Source: Octopus vulgaris | Taxonomy: Eukaryota | Assembly: GCA_951406725.2 (NCBI GenBank) | Contig: OX597832.1 | Location: 6,696,001 to 6,760,000, forward strand | DNA length: 64,000 nt | Reading direction: 5' to 3' | Part shown: positions 26,444 through 37,149 of the stretch, piece by piece | Position numbering within the stretch: position 1 is the first letter of the stretch | How the letters are laid out: each line of letters opens with the position of its first letter | Program-made: the position numbers and the translations under genes | The notes under the pieces: generated by a model | What the model was told of the DNA's origin: nothing | Database searches by the model: none | Seen by the model: the letters and a program-made list of their open reading frames with translations, nothing else

Positions 26444-27055
26444 GGTGTTTTTTACATGCCACCTGCACAGGTGCCAGACAGAGCTGGCGAACGGCCACGA
26501 ACGGATGGTGTTTTTACGTGTCACCTGCACGGGGGCCAGGCAATGCTGGCAACGAACACGAACGGATGGTGCTTTTACGTGCCACCGACACGGGGCCAGA
26601 CAGAGCTGGCAAACGGCCACGAACGGACGGTGCTTTTACGTGTCACCTGCACGGGGGCCAGCCGAGGCTGGCTACGAACACGAACGGATGGTGCTTTTAC
26701 GTGCCACCGACACGGGGCCAGACAGAGCTGGCAAACGGCCACGAACGGACGGTGCTTTTACGTGTCACCGGCACGGGGGCCAGCCGAGGCTGGCAATGGA
26801 CATGAACGGACGGTGCTTTTATGTGCCACCGACACGGGGCCAGACGGAGCTGGCAAACGGCCACGAACGGACGGTGCTTTTACGTGTCACCGGCACGGGG
26901 CCAGGCGAGGCTGGCAACGAACACGAACAGATGGTGCTTTTACATGCCACCGACACGGGGGCCAGACAGAGCTGGCAAACGGCCACGAGCGAATGGTGCT
27001 TTTACGTATCATCGACACGGGTGCCAGACGAGGCTGACAGTGGACACGAACAGAT
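26444..27055. repeat. GC-rich minisatellite, 10 x ~61 bp with alternating A/B units
   Basis: Units start ggtg(c/t)ttttac at ~26444, 26507, 26568, 26629, 26690, 26751, 26812, 26873, 26933, 26995. Confidence 0.95.
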
Positions 27056-27104
27056 GGGTCACTTAACCCCTGCTTTCTGATATATGATTTGATTTTGATT
27101 GTTC

Positions 27105-29081
27105 TCACTGGTCTTGCCGGATCTTCTGACGCACAGCATACTTCCATAGGTCTCGGTCTCTGGTCATTTCCTTGGTGAGACCTAGAGTTCGAAGGTCGTG
27201 CTTCACCACCTCGACCCAGGTTTTCCTGGGTCTACCTCTTCCACAGGTCCCCTCAACTGCCAGGGTGTGGCACTTTTTCACACACCTATCTTCATCCATT
27301 CTCGCCACATGACCATACCAGCGCAATCGTCTCTCTTGCACACAACATCTGATGCCTCTTAGGTCCAACTTTTCTCTCAAGGTACTTACACTCTGTCGAC
27401 TATGAACACTGACATTACACATCCAACGGAGCATACTAGCTTCATTTCTCGCGAGCTTACGCATGTCCTCAGCAGTCACGGCCCATGTTTCACTGCCATG
27501 TAGCATGGCTGTTCGTACACATGCATCATACAGTCTGCCTTTTACTCTGAGCGAGAGGCCTTTAGTCACCAACAGAGGTAAGAGCTCCCTAAACTTTGCC
27601 CAGGCTATTCTTACTCTAGCCGTTACACTTTCAGCACACCCACCCCCACTACTGACTTGGTCACCAAGATAACAGGAGCTATCAACTACTTCTAGTTTTT
27701 CCCCCTGGAAAGTGACGGAAGTTGTTTTCTGCAGATTTTCAGAGGTTAATGCTCCCGAGCATCTGCCACATACAAGAACCATCTTCCTAGTTAGCCTTCC
27801 TATGACATTGCTGCACCTCTTATGTGTCCATAGCTTACACTTGGTGCATCTTATAGAGTTTCTACCTACACCTTTTCTAAAGATCGAGCAGGGCCATCTA
27901 CCTGAAGGCGTTTGTGATTTGTCTACCTTCCTACTTATTACGACTTTGGTTTTAGCTAGGTTGACTCTAAGGCCCTTCGATTCTAAACCATGCTTCCACA
28001 CCTGAAACTTCTTCTCCAGTTCTGATAATGACTCAGCAATTAGAGCAAGGTCATCAGCATAGAGGAGCTCCCAGGGGCATCCTGTCTTGAACTCCTCCGT
28101 TATTGCCTGGAGGACTATGATAAATAGGAGGGGGCTGAGGACTGAACCTTGGTGGACCCCTACCTCTACCCGGAATTCTTCACTGTACTCATTGCCAACC
28201 CTCACCTTACTAGCAGCATCCCTGTACATGGCTTGCACAGCTCTCACTAACCATTCATCTATTCCTAGTTTCCTCATTGACCACCAGATGAGGGATCGGG
28301 GGACCCTGTCGAAGGCTTTCTCCATGTCAACAAAAGCCAGGTACAGGGGCTTATCTTTGGCTAGGTATTTCTCCTGCAGCTGCCTTACCAGGAATATAGC
28401 ATCAGTGGTACTTTTCCCTGGCACGAACCCAAACTGCATCTCATCTAAACTAACTCTCTCTCTAATTAGTTGGCTTATGACCCTCTCTGTAACCTTCATC
28501 ACCTGATCCAACAGCTTGATACCTCTGTAATTATTTGTATCTAGGGCATCACCTTTACCTTTGTAGCAGTTGACTATTATGCTGCTACACCAGTCATTGG
28601 GTATGACTCCTTCATGTATCACCTGATTAACTATACAGGTGACTAGGCTATAGCCGACACTACCAGATATTTTGAGCATCTCTGCAGTGATACCTGATGG
28701 GCCTGGGGCTTTCCCTGTCTTCATGCTTCTAATTGCCTTAGCTACCATGGAACTATCAACCCTGATAGCTGGTCCCTCTGTTGGGTCAACGTTCGGCAGA
28801 CTCTCTTTATCCCATTCATTTTCTTTATTCAGCAACCTTTCATAGTGGCGTCTCCAAGCCTCTCTCTTTGCATCCTCGTTTAGCGCAAGTGAACCATCTT
28901 CCATGCGAACACACTTCTCTCCTACCACATCACAATTCTCTCTCACACACTGTCTTGCAACGCGAAACACCTCCAGTCTTTCGTCCTCACGGCGCAGAAC
29001 ATTGGCAAATTTTTTCTTATCTGCTTCCCCTCTAGCTAGATAGACCTGTCTCCTAGCTTCTCTTTTAGCAGTCTGATACAA
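27105..29081 (-). CDS. RTE LINE reverse transcriptase ORF (658 aa open) with an embedded PHD-like finger
   Basis: GKAPGPSG, NYRGIKLL, QFGFVPGKSTTDAIF, AFVDMEKAFDRV, GVHQGSVLSPLLF, YADD. The upstream part has an in-frame TGA (~29163) and a frameshift. Confidence 0.92.
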   Translation of the reverse strand: MYQTAKREARRQVYLARGEADKKKFANVLRREDERLEVFRVARQCVRENCDVVGEKCVRMEDGSLALNEDAKREAWRRHYERLLNKENEWDKESLPNVDPTEGPAIRVDSSMVAKAIRSMKTGKAPGPSGITAEMLKISGSVGYSLVTCIVNQVIHEGVIPNDWCSSIIVNCYKGKGDALDTNNYRGIKLLDQVMKVTERVISQLIRERVSLDEMQFGFVPGKSTTDAIFLVRQLQEKYLAKDKPLYLAFVDMEKAFDRVPRSLIWWSMRKLGIDEWLVRAVQAMYRDAASKVRVGNEYSEEFRVEVGVHQGSVLSPLLFIIVLQAITEEFKTGCPWELLYADDLALIAESLSELEKKFQVWKHGLESKGLRVNLAKTKVVISRKVDKSQTPSGRWPCSIFRKGVGRNSIRCTKCKLWTHKRCSNVIGRLTRKMVLVCGRCSGALTSENLQKTTSVTFQGEKLEVVDSSCYLGDQVSSGGGCAESVTARVRIAWAKFRELLPLLVTKGLSLRVKGRLYDACVRTAMLHGSETWAVTAEDMRKLARNEASMLRWMCNVSVHSRQSVSTLREKLDLRGIRCCVQERRLRWYGHVARMDEDRCVKKCHTLAVEGTCGRGRPRKTWVEVVKHDLRTLGLTKEMTRDRDLWKYAVRQKIRQDQ

Positions 29082-29591
29082 TTCCCTGCTACCCCCATTC
29101 TTCCAGTGCTTCCAAGTCTGTCTCTTTTCTCTAATAGCCCTGTCTACAACACTGTTCCACCATCACGTTACCTTGGGACGAGAGGGGACTTTGCACCAGC
29201 CACAGATCTGGTCAGTGGCTCTCAGCAGGTTGTCCCTTAGAAACGTCCAGTTGCCCTCTATCCCCTTCTACTTCGTCAAAGGCTTCAAGTAACATGTCTC
29301 TAAATCTCTGTCCATTCGCAGGATCCTTAAGCTTCCAGATCCTTCTTCTCCATGTTGGTCGTCTTCTGGTTGTCCTCCTACTCCTGATCCTAAAGTCACT
29401 AACTACCAGTCTATGTTGTGGGGTACATTCTTCGCCTGGGAAGGTTTTGGCATTTATAAGTAGCCATCTCTCCCTTTGCCTGGCAAGGATGTAGTCAATT
29501 TGGCTGGTATGTTGGCCCGATCGGTAGGTGACTAGGTGGCTGGTAGGTTTCCTATATATATATATGTGTATGTGTGTGTAAAACACACACA

Positions 29592-29760
29592 CACATATAT
29601 ATACGACAGGCTTCTTTCAGTTTCCGTCTACCAAATCCACTCACAAGGCTTTGGTCGGCCCGAGGCTATAGTAGAAGACACTTGCCCAAGGTGCCATGCA
29701 GTGGAACTGAACCCAGAACCATGTGGTTGGTAAACAAGCTACTTACCACACATCCACTCC
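29592..29760 (-). mobile_element. SINE family B, 5' half
   Basis: Reverse complement of the family B head. Confidence 0.85.
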
Positions 29761-29899
29761 TAACAGACATTCTTTTTTTTTGGACCTTTACAATAATAGC
29801 TTCAAATCTTGATTTTATATGTTCTAGACCAATGAAATTTTACAAACACCAGTTGCTGACATCACCTAACTCTAGACCAATGAACTAAGAAGATAGGTA

Positions 29900-30680
29900 A
29901 CACCAACTCATGGTATGACAACCAAAAATACCAGAGTCTCCTGTTTGTCAATGCTATCTTTAGAGGCGAACTAGCATATTTTTTTTAGGAAAACCATAGA
30001 TAAGATGAATCTATGGATCAAAGTAGTACAAAGGCCAGGGACCCCCATAAAATCCTGGATATGTAGAACGTACCCATTTGAAAGAACTCTCCATACAGAT
30101 AAGAACTGTTTTGTGTGTAGGGTAAACCCTCAGATAAATTGTAAAACTAGGATTGTAATCTATAATATAAGGTGTACAGAGGGATGGTGTAGAAACAGGA
30201 TACCAATGTACATTGGAAAGACAGTATGTAGCTTAGGTGAACAGATAAGTGAACACTGGTGAGAACACAAAGAGGAGAAAAGCTTGTCAGTACTCTACAA
30301 ACATAGTGGAATATGAGGGCTTGGTTAATAACATAGTTTGTGTGTCTGTGTTTGTCCCCCCAACATCGCTTGACAACCGATGCTGGTGTGTTTACGTCCC
30401 CGTAATTTAGAAGTTTGGCAAACGAGGCCGATAGAATAAGTACTAGGCTTACAAAGAATAAGTCCCGGGGTCGATTTGCTCGACTAAAAAGGTGTTGCTC
30501 CAGCATGGCCACAGTCAAATGACTGAAACATGTAAAAGAGTATATAGAACAGACATGATACTCAGATTATGGAGGCTAGACACAACAGAAGATGACCAAG
30601 CCACAGCAGAAAACATGACTGGAGTAATAACACTCCCTCATTCCACCACATTACATAACCTGATGACTAAAGACAGAATG
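29900..30680 (+). mobile_element. Penelope-like GIY-YIG relic interrupted by a SINE B 3' half (30337-30541)
   Basis: CFVCRVNPQINCKTRIVIYNIRCTEGWC..MYIGKTVCSLGEQISEH matches the GIY-YIG N-terminal pattern. D..LR.IMEA resumes after the SINE. Confidence 0.7.
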
Positions 30681-31043
30681 AGAGGGAAAAAAATTAAAGA
30701 GACACAAGTACAAACCTTGTAATATACAAACCCATATACGTGCACACAAAACACTCACACAGACTAAAGACAAAATGAGAAAGAAAAAAATAAATAAGAG
30801 TCATAGGTGCAAACCTTGTAATATACAAACCCATATATCTGCACCCAAGACACACACATACACATAGTTACAGACATAAATGCATGTGCAGATAGGGATA
30901 CACACCACAGAAAGCCAAATGGAATGAATAGGACAAGACCAGAGAGAACAGGGGACACAAGGTACAGAATGTTATTGAAGAAGTCATAAAATGAGTGACG
31001 AAAGAAATTTGATAAATAAACTTAATAATAATAATAATAATAT

Positions 31044-31291
31044 TGCCAGACAAGGCTGGCAAACGGCCATGCACCATCCGATCGTGACCGTTTGCCAGCC
31101 TCGTCTGGCACGTAAAAAGCACCCACTACACTCACGGAGTGGTTGGCGTTAGGAAGGGCATCCAGCCGTAGAAACATTGCTAGATCAGACTGGGCCTGGT
31201 GCAGCCTTCTGGCTTCCCAGACCCCAGTTGAACTGTCCAACCCATGCTAGCATGGAAAGCGGACGCTAAACGATGATGATGATGATGATGA
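31044..31291 (+). mobile_element. RTE-tail repeat (family D)
   Basis: Same 3' tail as the 26279 LINE, (GAT)n end. Confidence 0.85.
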
Positions 31292-32010
31292 GATCAAAAT
31301 AAGTAGTGCATGTGTTTAATTTGTTTAATCAGCAAAAGATGACCATCCCCAAGTATATCAACATCTGTTTCAACTCACAATTTCACATCAAGAATTTTTC
31401 AAAACAAATACATAAACGATTATCATTATATATAGTGAATAGTTTTTTTGTTGTTTTTCTGTTTAAGTAATTCAGCAAGTCTTCTATTTGCCTGCCCACC
31501 CTTTTTTTTTTTTTTTTTTTTGTCATAATATATAACTCCTTCCCCTCTACTATTCTAATAGTGATTCTCAATACAGTGTCTACCATTGTCTACAACAACC
31601 CTGAACTGAGACAAGAAGTATCAGATTTCAGTTTTTTTTCATAGTCAAACTTACAATTTTGTGATAATTACTGCTATTGCAGCTTTCCCTCCCTGTTGCC
31701 TATGTAGTACTGGTCAGATACTTGCTTAAAATAGATGACCCAATTTTCAAATGCTAACCTTTTTAATCAAATTCCTTTCTTTTGGCAGTTAGTTTATTGT
31801 GAATCAGAGGAAAATAAAGATGTGAGACTGTTCTCAATTTTTTTTAGTTGATCGACTTTGAATTGATTGATTAATACAATTGAACTATGGGATTAGACTC
31901 CTCCAATATTTATCACATGTGTAAGCCTTTGATAAATGTGTAATAGCCATTATCTGTGTGTATTATATATATATATATATATATATCATATTCCCTTCCA
32001 TATGGGCTAA

Positions 32011-32092
32011 CTCTGATGAGCATAAAGTTATATAATCAGTTTGTTACCTAATACTCCATTGTATTCTTTATGTGAAACTGATTGATAAGACC
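32011..32092 (+). ncRNA. Hammerhead-ribozyme-like motif (type I, degenerate stem III)
   Basis: CTGATGA (32013-19), stem II gcataaag/ctttatgt, GAAA (32074-77), then ctgattgaTA aga. Confidence 0.45.
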
Positions 32093-32139
32093 AGCTGTGA
32101 TGAATATTTAATGCTATACATTTCAGATTTTATATATAT

Positions 32140-33047
32140 ATCATCATCATCGTTTAATGTCCGCTTTCCATGCTGGCATGGGTTGGATGGTTTGACTGCA
32201 GACTGGCAAGCCAAGAGGCTGCACCAGGCTCCAATCTTATTTGACAAGGTTTCTACAGCTGGATGCCCTTCCTAACACTAACCACACTAAGAGTGTAGTG
32301 GGTGCGTTTTACGTGCCACCAGCATGGGATCCAGTCAGGTGGTACTGACATCAACTACACTTGAATGGTGCTTTTTACATGCCACCAGCACAGGAGCCAG
32401 TCAGAGAGCACTGCCAACAACCACACTGGTATCAACTATGCTCGAATGGTGCTTTTTATGTGCCACCGGTATGGGTGCCAATTAGGCGGTACTGGCATCG
32501 GCCACAACAATGATTTCACTTGACTCAGTAAGTCTTCTCAAGCACAGTATATTGCCCAATGATTGAAGAGTACTCTTAAATGGGCCAGTTATGCGACACT
32601 GGCATAGGCCACGGCTACGGTCTCATTCGGCTTGCTGGGTCGGTCTCCCTTGGCTTGCCGGGTCTTCTCAAGCACAGCATATGAGACCCAACGTTCAAAG
32701 GTCGTGCTTCATCACCTCATCCCAAGTCTCCATGGGCTTACCTCTTCCACAAGTCCCCTCCACTGTTAGGGTGTGACACTTTTTCACACAGCTGTCCTCA
32801 TCTGTACACAATACATGACAACACTAGCACAGTCGTCTCTCTTGCACACCACATCTGATGCTTCCAACTTTTCTCTCAGGACACTTACACACGACCATGT
32901 ATACACACAGACATTACACATCCAACAGAGAATACTAGTTTCATTTTTTGCAAGCTTACGCATTTCTCAGCATTCACAGCCCATGTTTCACTGCCATGTA
33001 GCATGACTGTTTGCACACATGAATCATATAGTCTTACCTTTCACTTT
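32140..33047 (-). mobile_element. Older, heavily truncated copy of the same RTE LINE family
   Basis: 32695-33047 aligns to 27190-27550 (RT C-terminus); about 3 minisatellite units; (GAT)n tail. Confidence 0.85.
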
Positions 33048-33231
33048 GAACTAGACTTGAGATGTCTTGCCTTGGTGTTTGTTTTCCTTTTTAACAAATT
33101 TATATCCACTATATTGGAAATCTACAATAGTTCCATAACTCCTGTCTCGGTTATGAGCTTGGAACCCTGGTAATCTGTTACAGCACTTAACCAGCATACC
33201 TATCCATTTACATCACCTGTGAACTAAACCC

Positions 33232-33277
<46 letters not shown>

Positions 33278-33383
33278 CTCACATCTATTTATGCATATCT
33301 CACATCTATTTTCATTCCTCAACTTTACTCTCTATTTCATATCTTATCTAAATGAACTATAGCTTAACCATTTTCTCACATCA

Positions 33384-33464
33384 TCTCCGATGAAGGGATA
33401 TAACTATTGCTTAACCACTTTCTCACACACATATCAAAAAAATATCCCGGAAACAGCTGTAAGA
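33384..33464 (+). ncRNA. Type I minimal hammerhead-ribozyme-like motif (Penelope-type)
   Basis: tct-CCGATGA-a-gggatat...atatccc-g-GAAA-cagctg-TA-aga. Palindromic stem III, GUA cleavage triplet, U4 to C variant. Confidence 0.6.
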
Positions 33465-33727
33465 CCTTCTATTTATAAATGTTCTAAAATCTTCACAGCC
33501 TTGGATTTTTATCTCATTCTGAAAAAATATTTTTTTATATATACACATGCTGATATATGACCTACCTTGGACTCCTTATTCGCATAATCACCAAACCTGG
33601 AGCTTAACTATAGCCTGTCCAAAGCACTTACTCAGCATTATCTGACACCTTTGGGTCTTATTGACACCATTACCTTTCATAACCTCCATATATATAGGCT
33701 ATTTTAAACCTATGAGTGAGATATAAA

Positions 33728-34965
33728 CAGTAGCAATACGGAATCGTAACGTATAATTGCCAGCCAAGTGTGGTGTCCTATAAAGGACTATGCTATTGAC
33801 GTTTATAGACCCAGGAAGACATCTATTCCAGCTGGCTAATGACACAAATTCTGTGTCCAATGAGTATTTGTGAAGGGAGGGCAACAGAATCAGCTAGGCA
33901 AACCATACGGACTCACCACAGACCCATTTGTGCAGAGACAGATTGCTGCTAGCTGAGATCTTTCAATCTGTCTAGTTGCCATCCAGCTAGAGGCCCCATC
34001 ACAGATCATTATCGACAGGCACATCTGCAGTAGGCTCAAAAATGTCAGAACTGGTGATATCAGCAGTAAAGGACCGTAATCTTCTCTGACAAAAGTCAAA
34101 ATTGCATTTCTGTGGCAGATGGCAGAGCTAAGGTTTGGAGATGAAGAGGTGAACACCATGCCAATAGCTGTGTGGTGGCGAGAAACTCATGGGGAAAACA
34201 GAGCATTATGATATGGGGCAGGATAGCACTCAACTGGGAACTTGGACCAGTGGTGTCCCAAAATATCATCCAAGGCCGGGGCAATGGACTAACTGCTGCT
34301 CACTACATCAATCAAGTGTTGAACCTCACATTGCACCATTCTTTGCCCACCTTTGGAATCACGTATTCCAATATGACAACGCCTGTGCCCACACTACCAG
34401 GTTGGCAACAGGCTTCTTCCAACAGCACAACATCCAGACACTGCCATGGCCTGCCCAAAGTCCGGACTTGAACCCCATAGAACACCTGTGGGACGAAATC
34501 CAAAGAAGGCTAAATGATATCCGTTTAACGCCAAAAACTGCGGCACAGCTCACTGCAAGTTTTAACAGAGTGTGGGCTACTATCCCAATGGCCTTCATCA
34601 ATCGCTTAGTGCATTCAATGTACAGAAGATGTCTGGCGGTAATCAACGCTAACAGTGGTCACACGAGATATTGAGTTCATCTCTTTGGATCCAGGACACC
34701 CCGTCACCACACGGCACCATGTAACGTCAAACCTGTTTCAAAAAATGTTTTATCGTTAGGAAAGAACGGTTTCTTAATTAGCACTTTTCAATCAATGTAA
34801 TGGCAGTCAGTTAATAAACCGGTTTCTATTTGGTACGTGCGCGACATTATCTGTTGGTTACAACAAACAAATAGCATGCATATTTCACATGATGTGTCCT
34901 AATAAAAGCAATCAATTTTTGTAAATAAAGACGAACAGAGTTACAATTTCATACGGCTTAGACTG
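33728..34965 (+). mobile_element. Tc1 (DD34E) transposon, degenerate and internally deleted
   Basis: MIWG, FQYDNA-x-WPAQSPDLNPIEHLW with 34 residues between D and E; stop at 34674. Decayed TIRs cagt..agcaatacggaatcgtaac / gttacaatttcatacggcttagactg. Confidence 0.85.
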
Positions 34966-35079
34966 TCGTCACACAAGGTGTGACTGTTGATTACCTAGAT
35001 AGGTGGCAGCACAGGTGTAAAACCACTTACCTTTCTAGCCTTACCTGATCGAGAAAAATTGACCTTATTAAATGTAAAG
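34966..35079 (+). promoter_or_regulatory. Probable promoter / 5' UTR of gene 2
   Basis: Locally CpG-retaining region (~34700-36450) and AAGATGGCG start context. The TSS itself is not visible. Confidence 0.5.
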
Positions 35080-35155
35080 ATGGCGACACACCTGTTGGAT
35101 TTACGATGGTTATTGCTTTTCTTATATATCTTCACTTCTTCAAGATGTAATGCAG
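35080..35155 (+). CDS. Gene 2 exon 1: signal peptide of an uncharacterised secreted/membrane Cys-rich protein
   Basis: MATHLLDLRWLLLFLYIFTSSRCNA, donor CAG|gtaagt; phase 1 fits the exon at 44918. Confidence 0.85.
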
Positions 35156-36599
35156 GTAAGTGTTTTTCTAGTGAACGACAGAAGAAAAGCTGATAACTTG
35201 TAAATGAACTTCTTTCATCTGCTATCAAATGATCTATTTAACGTTGTTTACGGTTAAATCGTTGCTCCCATATAACTGTTTCGTCAACTTGTTGAAATCC
35301 CTTCAATATTTATGGATATATATTTTAGTTTTTCACAGTTCTTCATTGTTTACCTTGTTTCAATTTTATCAAAATATTTTATTTCGTTTGTTTTAGTGTC
35401 TAATGTGTAATATTTAAAACACTGTTTATTACTTGTAAATAAAGAAGACAATTCAAGACACGGTTTCTCTATTCCACACTAAGTGTCATTTGTTTGTGGT
35501 GAAAAAATTGTCCTGTGTACTACTAAACGCAGTAATGAAACTTTTTAGGGCTTTTATATCCTATTATATCAAATAAGGTATGGGACGGTACGTAGTAATT
35601 ATATACGGTATATGCCTACTTTTGAGTGATTAGTTTATTTTTAAAGCTATATGCCTTGTTTTTCCGAGTTTAAGGACACTTTTGTACATCTTGAAGATTG
35701 TTTTCATTTTATTTATTTCAAATGACTTTTCCACCATGGAACTGAGAAATCCTACACCAAACGACGAAAGACAATTAGCGCGGATTTCCATTAACTCCCT
35801 TCCCTTGACACTCATTTCCAGTTCTGATTTTACATTTCTTTCCTTGATTTTAAAAATGTTGATTTATTCAACTAGTCTTCATATCTTCTCAAAATAACCT
35901 TCTTGTATACCAAATATTGTCGTCATATGTTTATATATATTTTCCTAACTGAATATTTTTATAATGAGTCATTTTTAGCCCGCGACATAGTTTCTCTTCT
36001 CGATTGTGGCCATTGCTCTTCTTATCACTTATGCTGTTGTAAAATGTACGAAGGTCATATATTCTCATTCACTGCATCATACGCAAAGTTTTGTGCCTTC
36101 TTGAGATTAAAAAAAAACAACATAATTAATCCACAGGATACCATGATCTAACCTTCATATTATACTTACGATCTACGCCAAGAAATCTTTTAGATTTAAA
36201 AGGAAAATGAATTTTAACCACAATTCGTCGAGATTTCACATCAACTTTTAAAAACAGTAAGGAATTCTTTCGGTAGAATGCCAACTGTAGTTTTAATTTG
36301 TTGACTCGCATTTTATTAGAATTAGTTGTTTGATGAACGACTTTGGGCGGAGGTAAAGAACACACACACCATTCGTTTTTGGGGTAACAAAAACCCTAAC
36401 TATAAACATCGGGTGTGCGTATTCTTTACCTTCGCCTGACTTTGAATTGGGTTGAATGTGGCTGTTGATATTTTTGTGTGTATGTTTTATGATCCCTCAA
36501 AGTAGGCAAGATTTTAGAATATTCTTAATATAGTAATATTATTGTTACGTTATGCTGAACGTGTCAGCATGTTTTTTAATTGTTTTTTTTTTATGTAAT

Positions 36600-36960
36600 A
36601 TGTTCATCAAAAGAAGTCTTTCCAAACTGGTGAGGTTTGAGGTTAATGTTCATTTTAAACATTGGCGGTCGATGTTAGATAAGAACGTAAATAGATGAAC
36701 AGAACACAATATAGACCTAAATACTGTATTCTCTTGACGTTTGCAGAAAGATGGGCTAGTTTAAAATTCCAGAGTTACATACAAGAAGAGAGAGAGGCGG
36801 ATTGGGTAAAATGGTTAAGGTAGAATCTTTGAAGACGGACCAATTGCCTAGGTGGGTTTTAGGTAGATAAGATGTATAGCTAACTAGTTCAGGAGAGAAG
36901 AAACTTGCAATTGGTAGAGATGGTCGTCTGAAGAAACAGCATGGCAAACTTTTGCAATTC
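36600..36960 (+). mobile_element. Degraded RTE-like LINE 3' fragment
   Basis: Relic WIGKMV..LPRWVL..GRLKK pattern. Confidence 0.4.
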
Positions 36961-37149
36961 AATTGAGAAGTTTTCTTTTGGATATTGGTGTGTGCATAGA
37001 AACAGCACTGTCTTGACATGTGAACAATATTCCAGTGAGGTTCATAGATAAACTTTATAGAATTTTATCAACTGATTGGGGGTTGAAGGTTTTTTTTTTC
37101 TTGTGCTCTAAAAAGAGATTCTAGTTTATGTAGTTAAGACATCTTGTAA

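Larger units (their letters stand above)
26279..29552 (-). mobile_element. Young 5'-truncated RTE-clade LINE with 3' UTR minisatellite and (GAT)n tail
   Basis: End of the APE domain (VTYRSGQHTSQIDYIL), long RT ORF, 3' UTR and (GAT)n tail. Both ends sit in (TA)n. Confidence 0.93.

Noticed and set aside
26444-27055. CRISPR-like appearance of regularly spaced repeats
   Set aside because: No unique spacers: whole units repeat. Eukaryotic context inside a LINE tail, and no cas genes.
26327-27080. ORFs of 236 and 211 aa
   Set aside because: Artefacts of a stop-poor GC-rich minisatellite.
35000-35012. AGGTGGCAG CTCF-like half motif
   Set aside because: Left half of the motif absent; too short to support.
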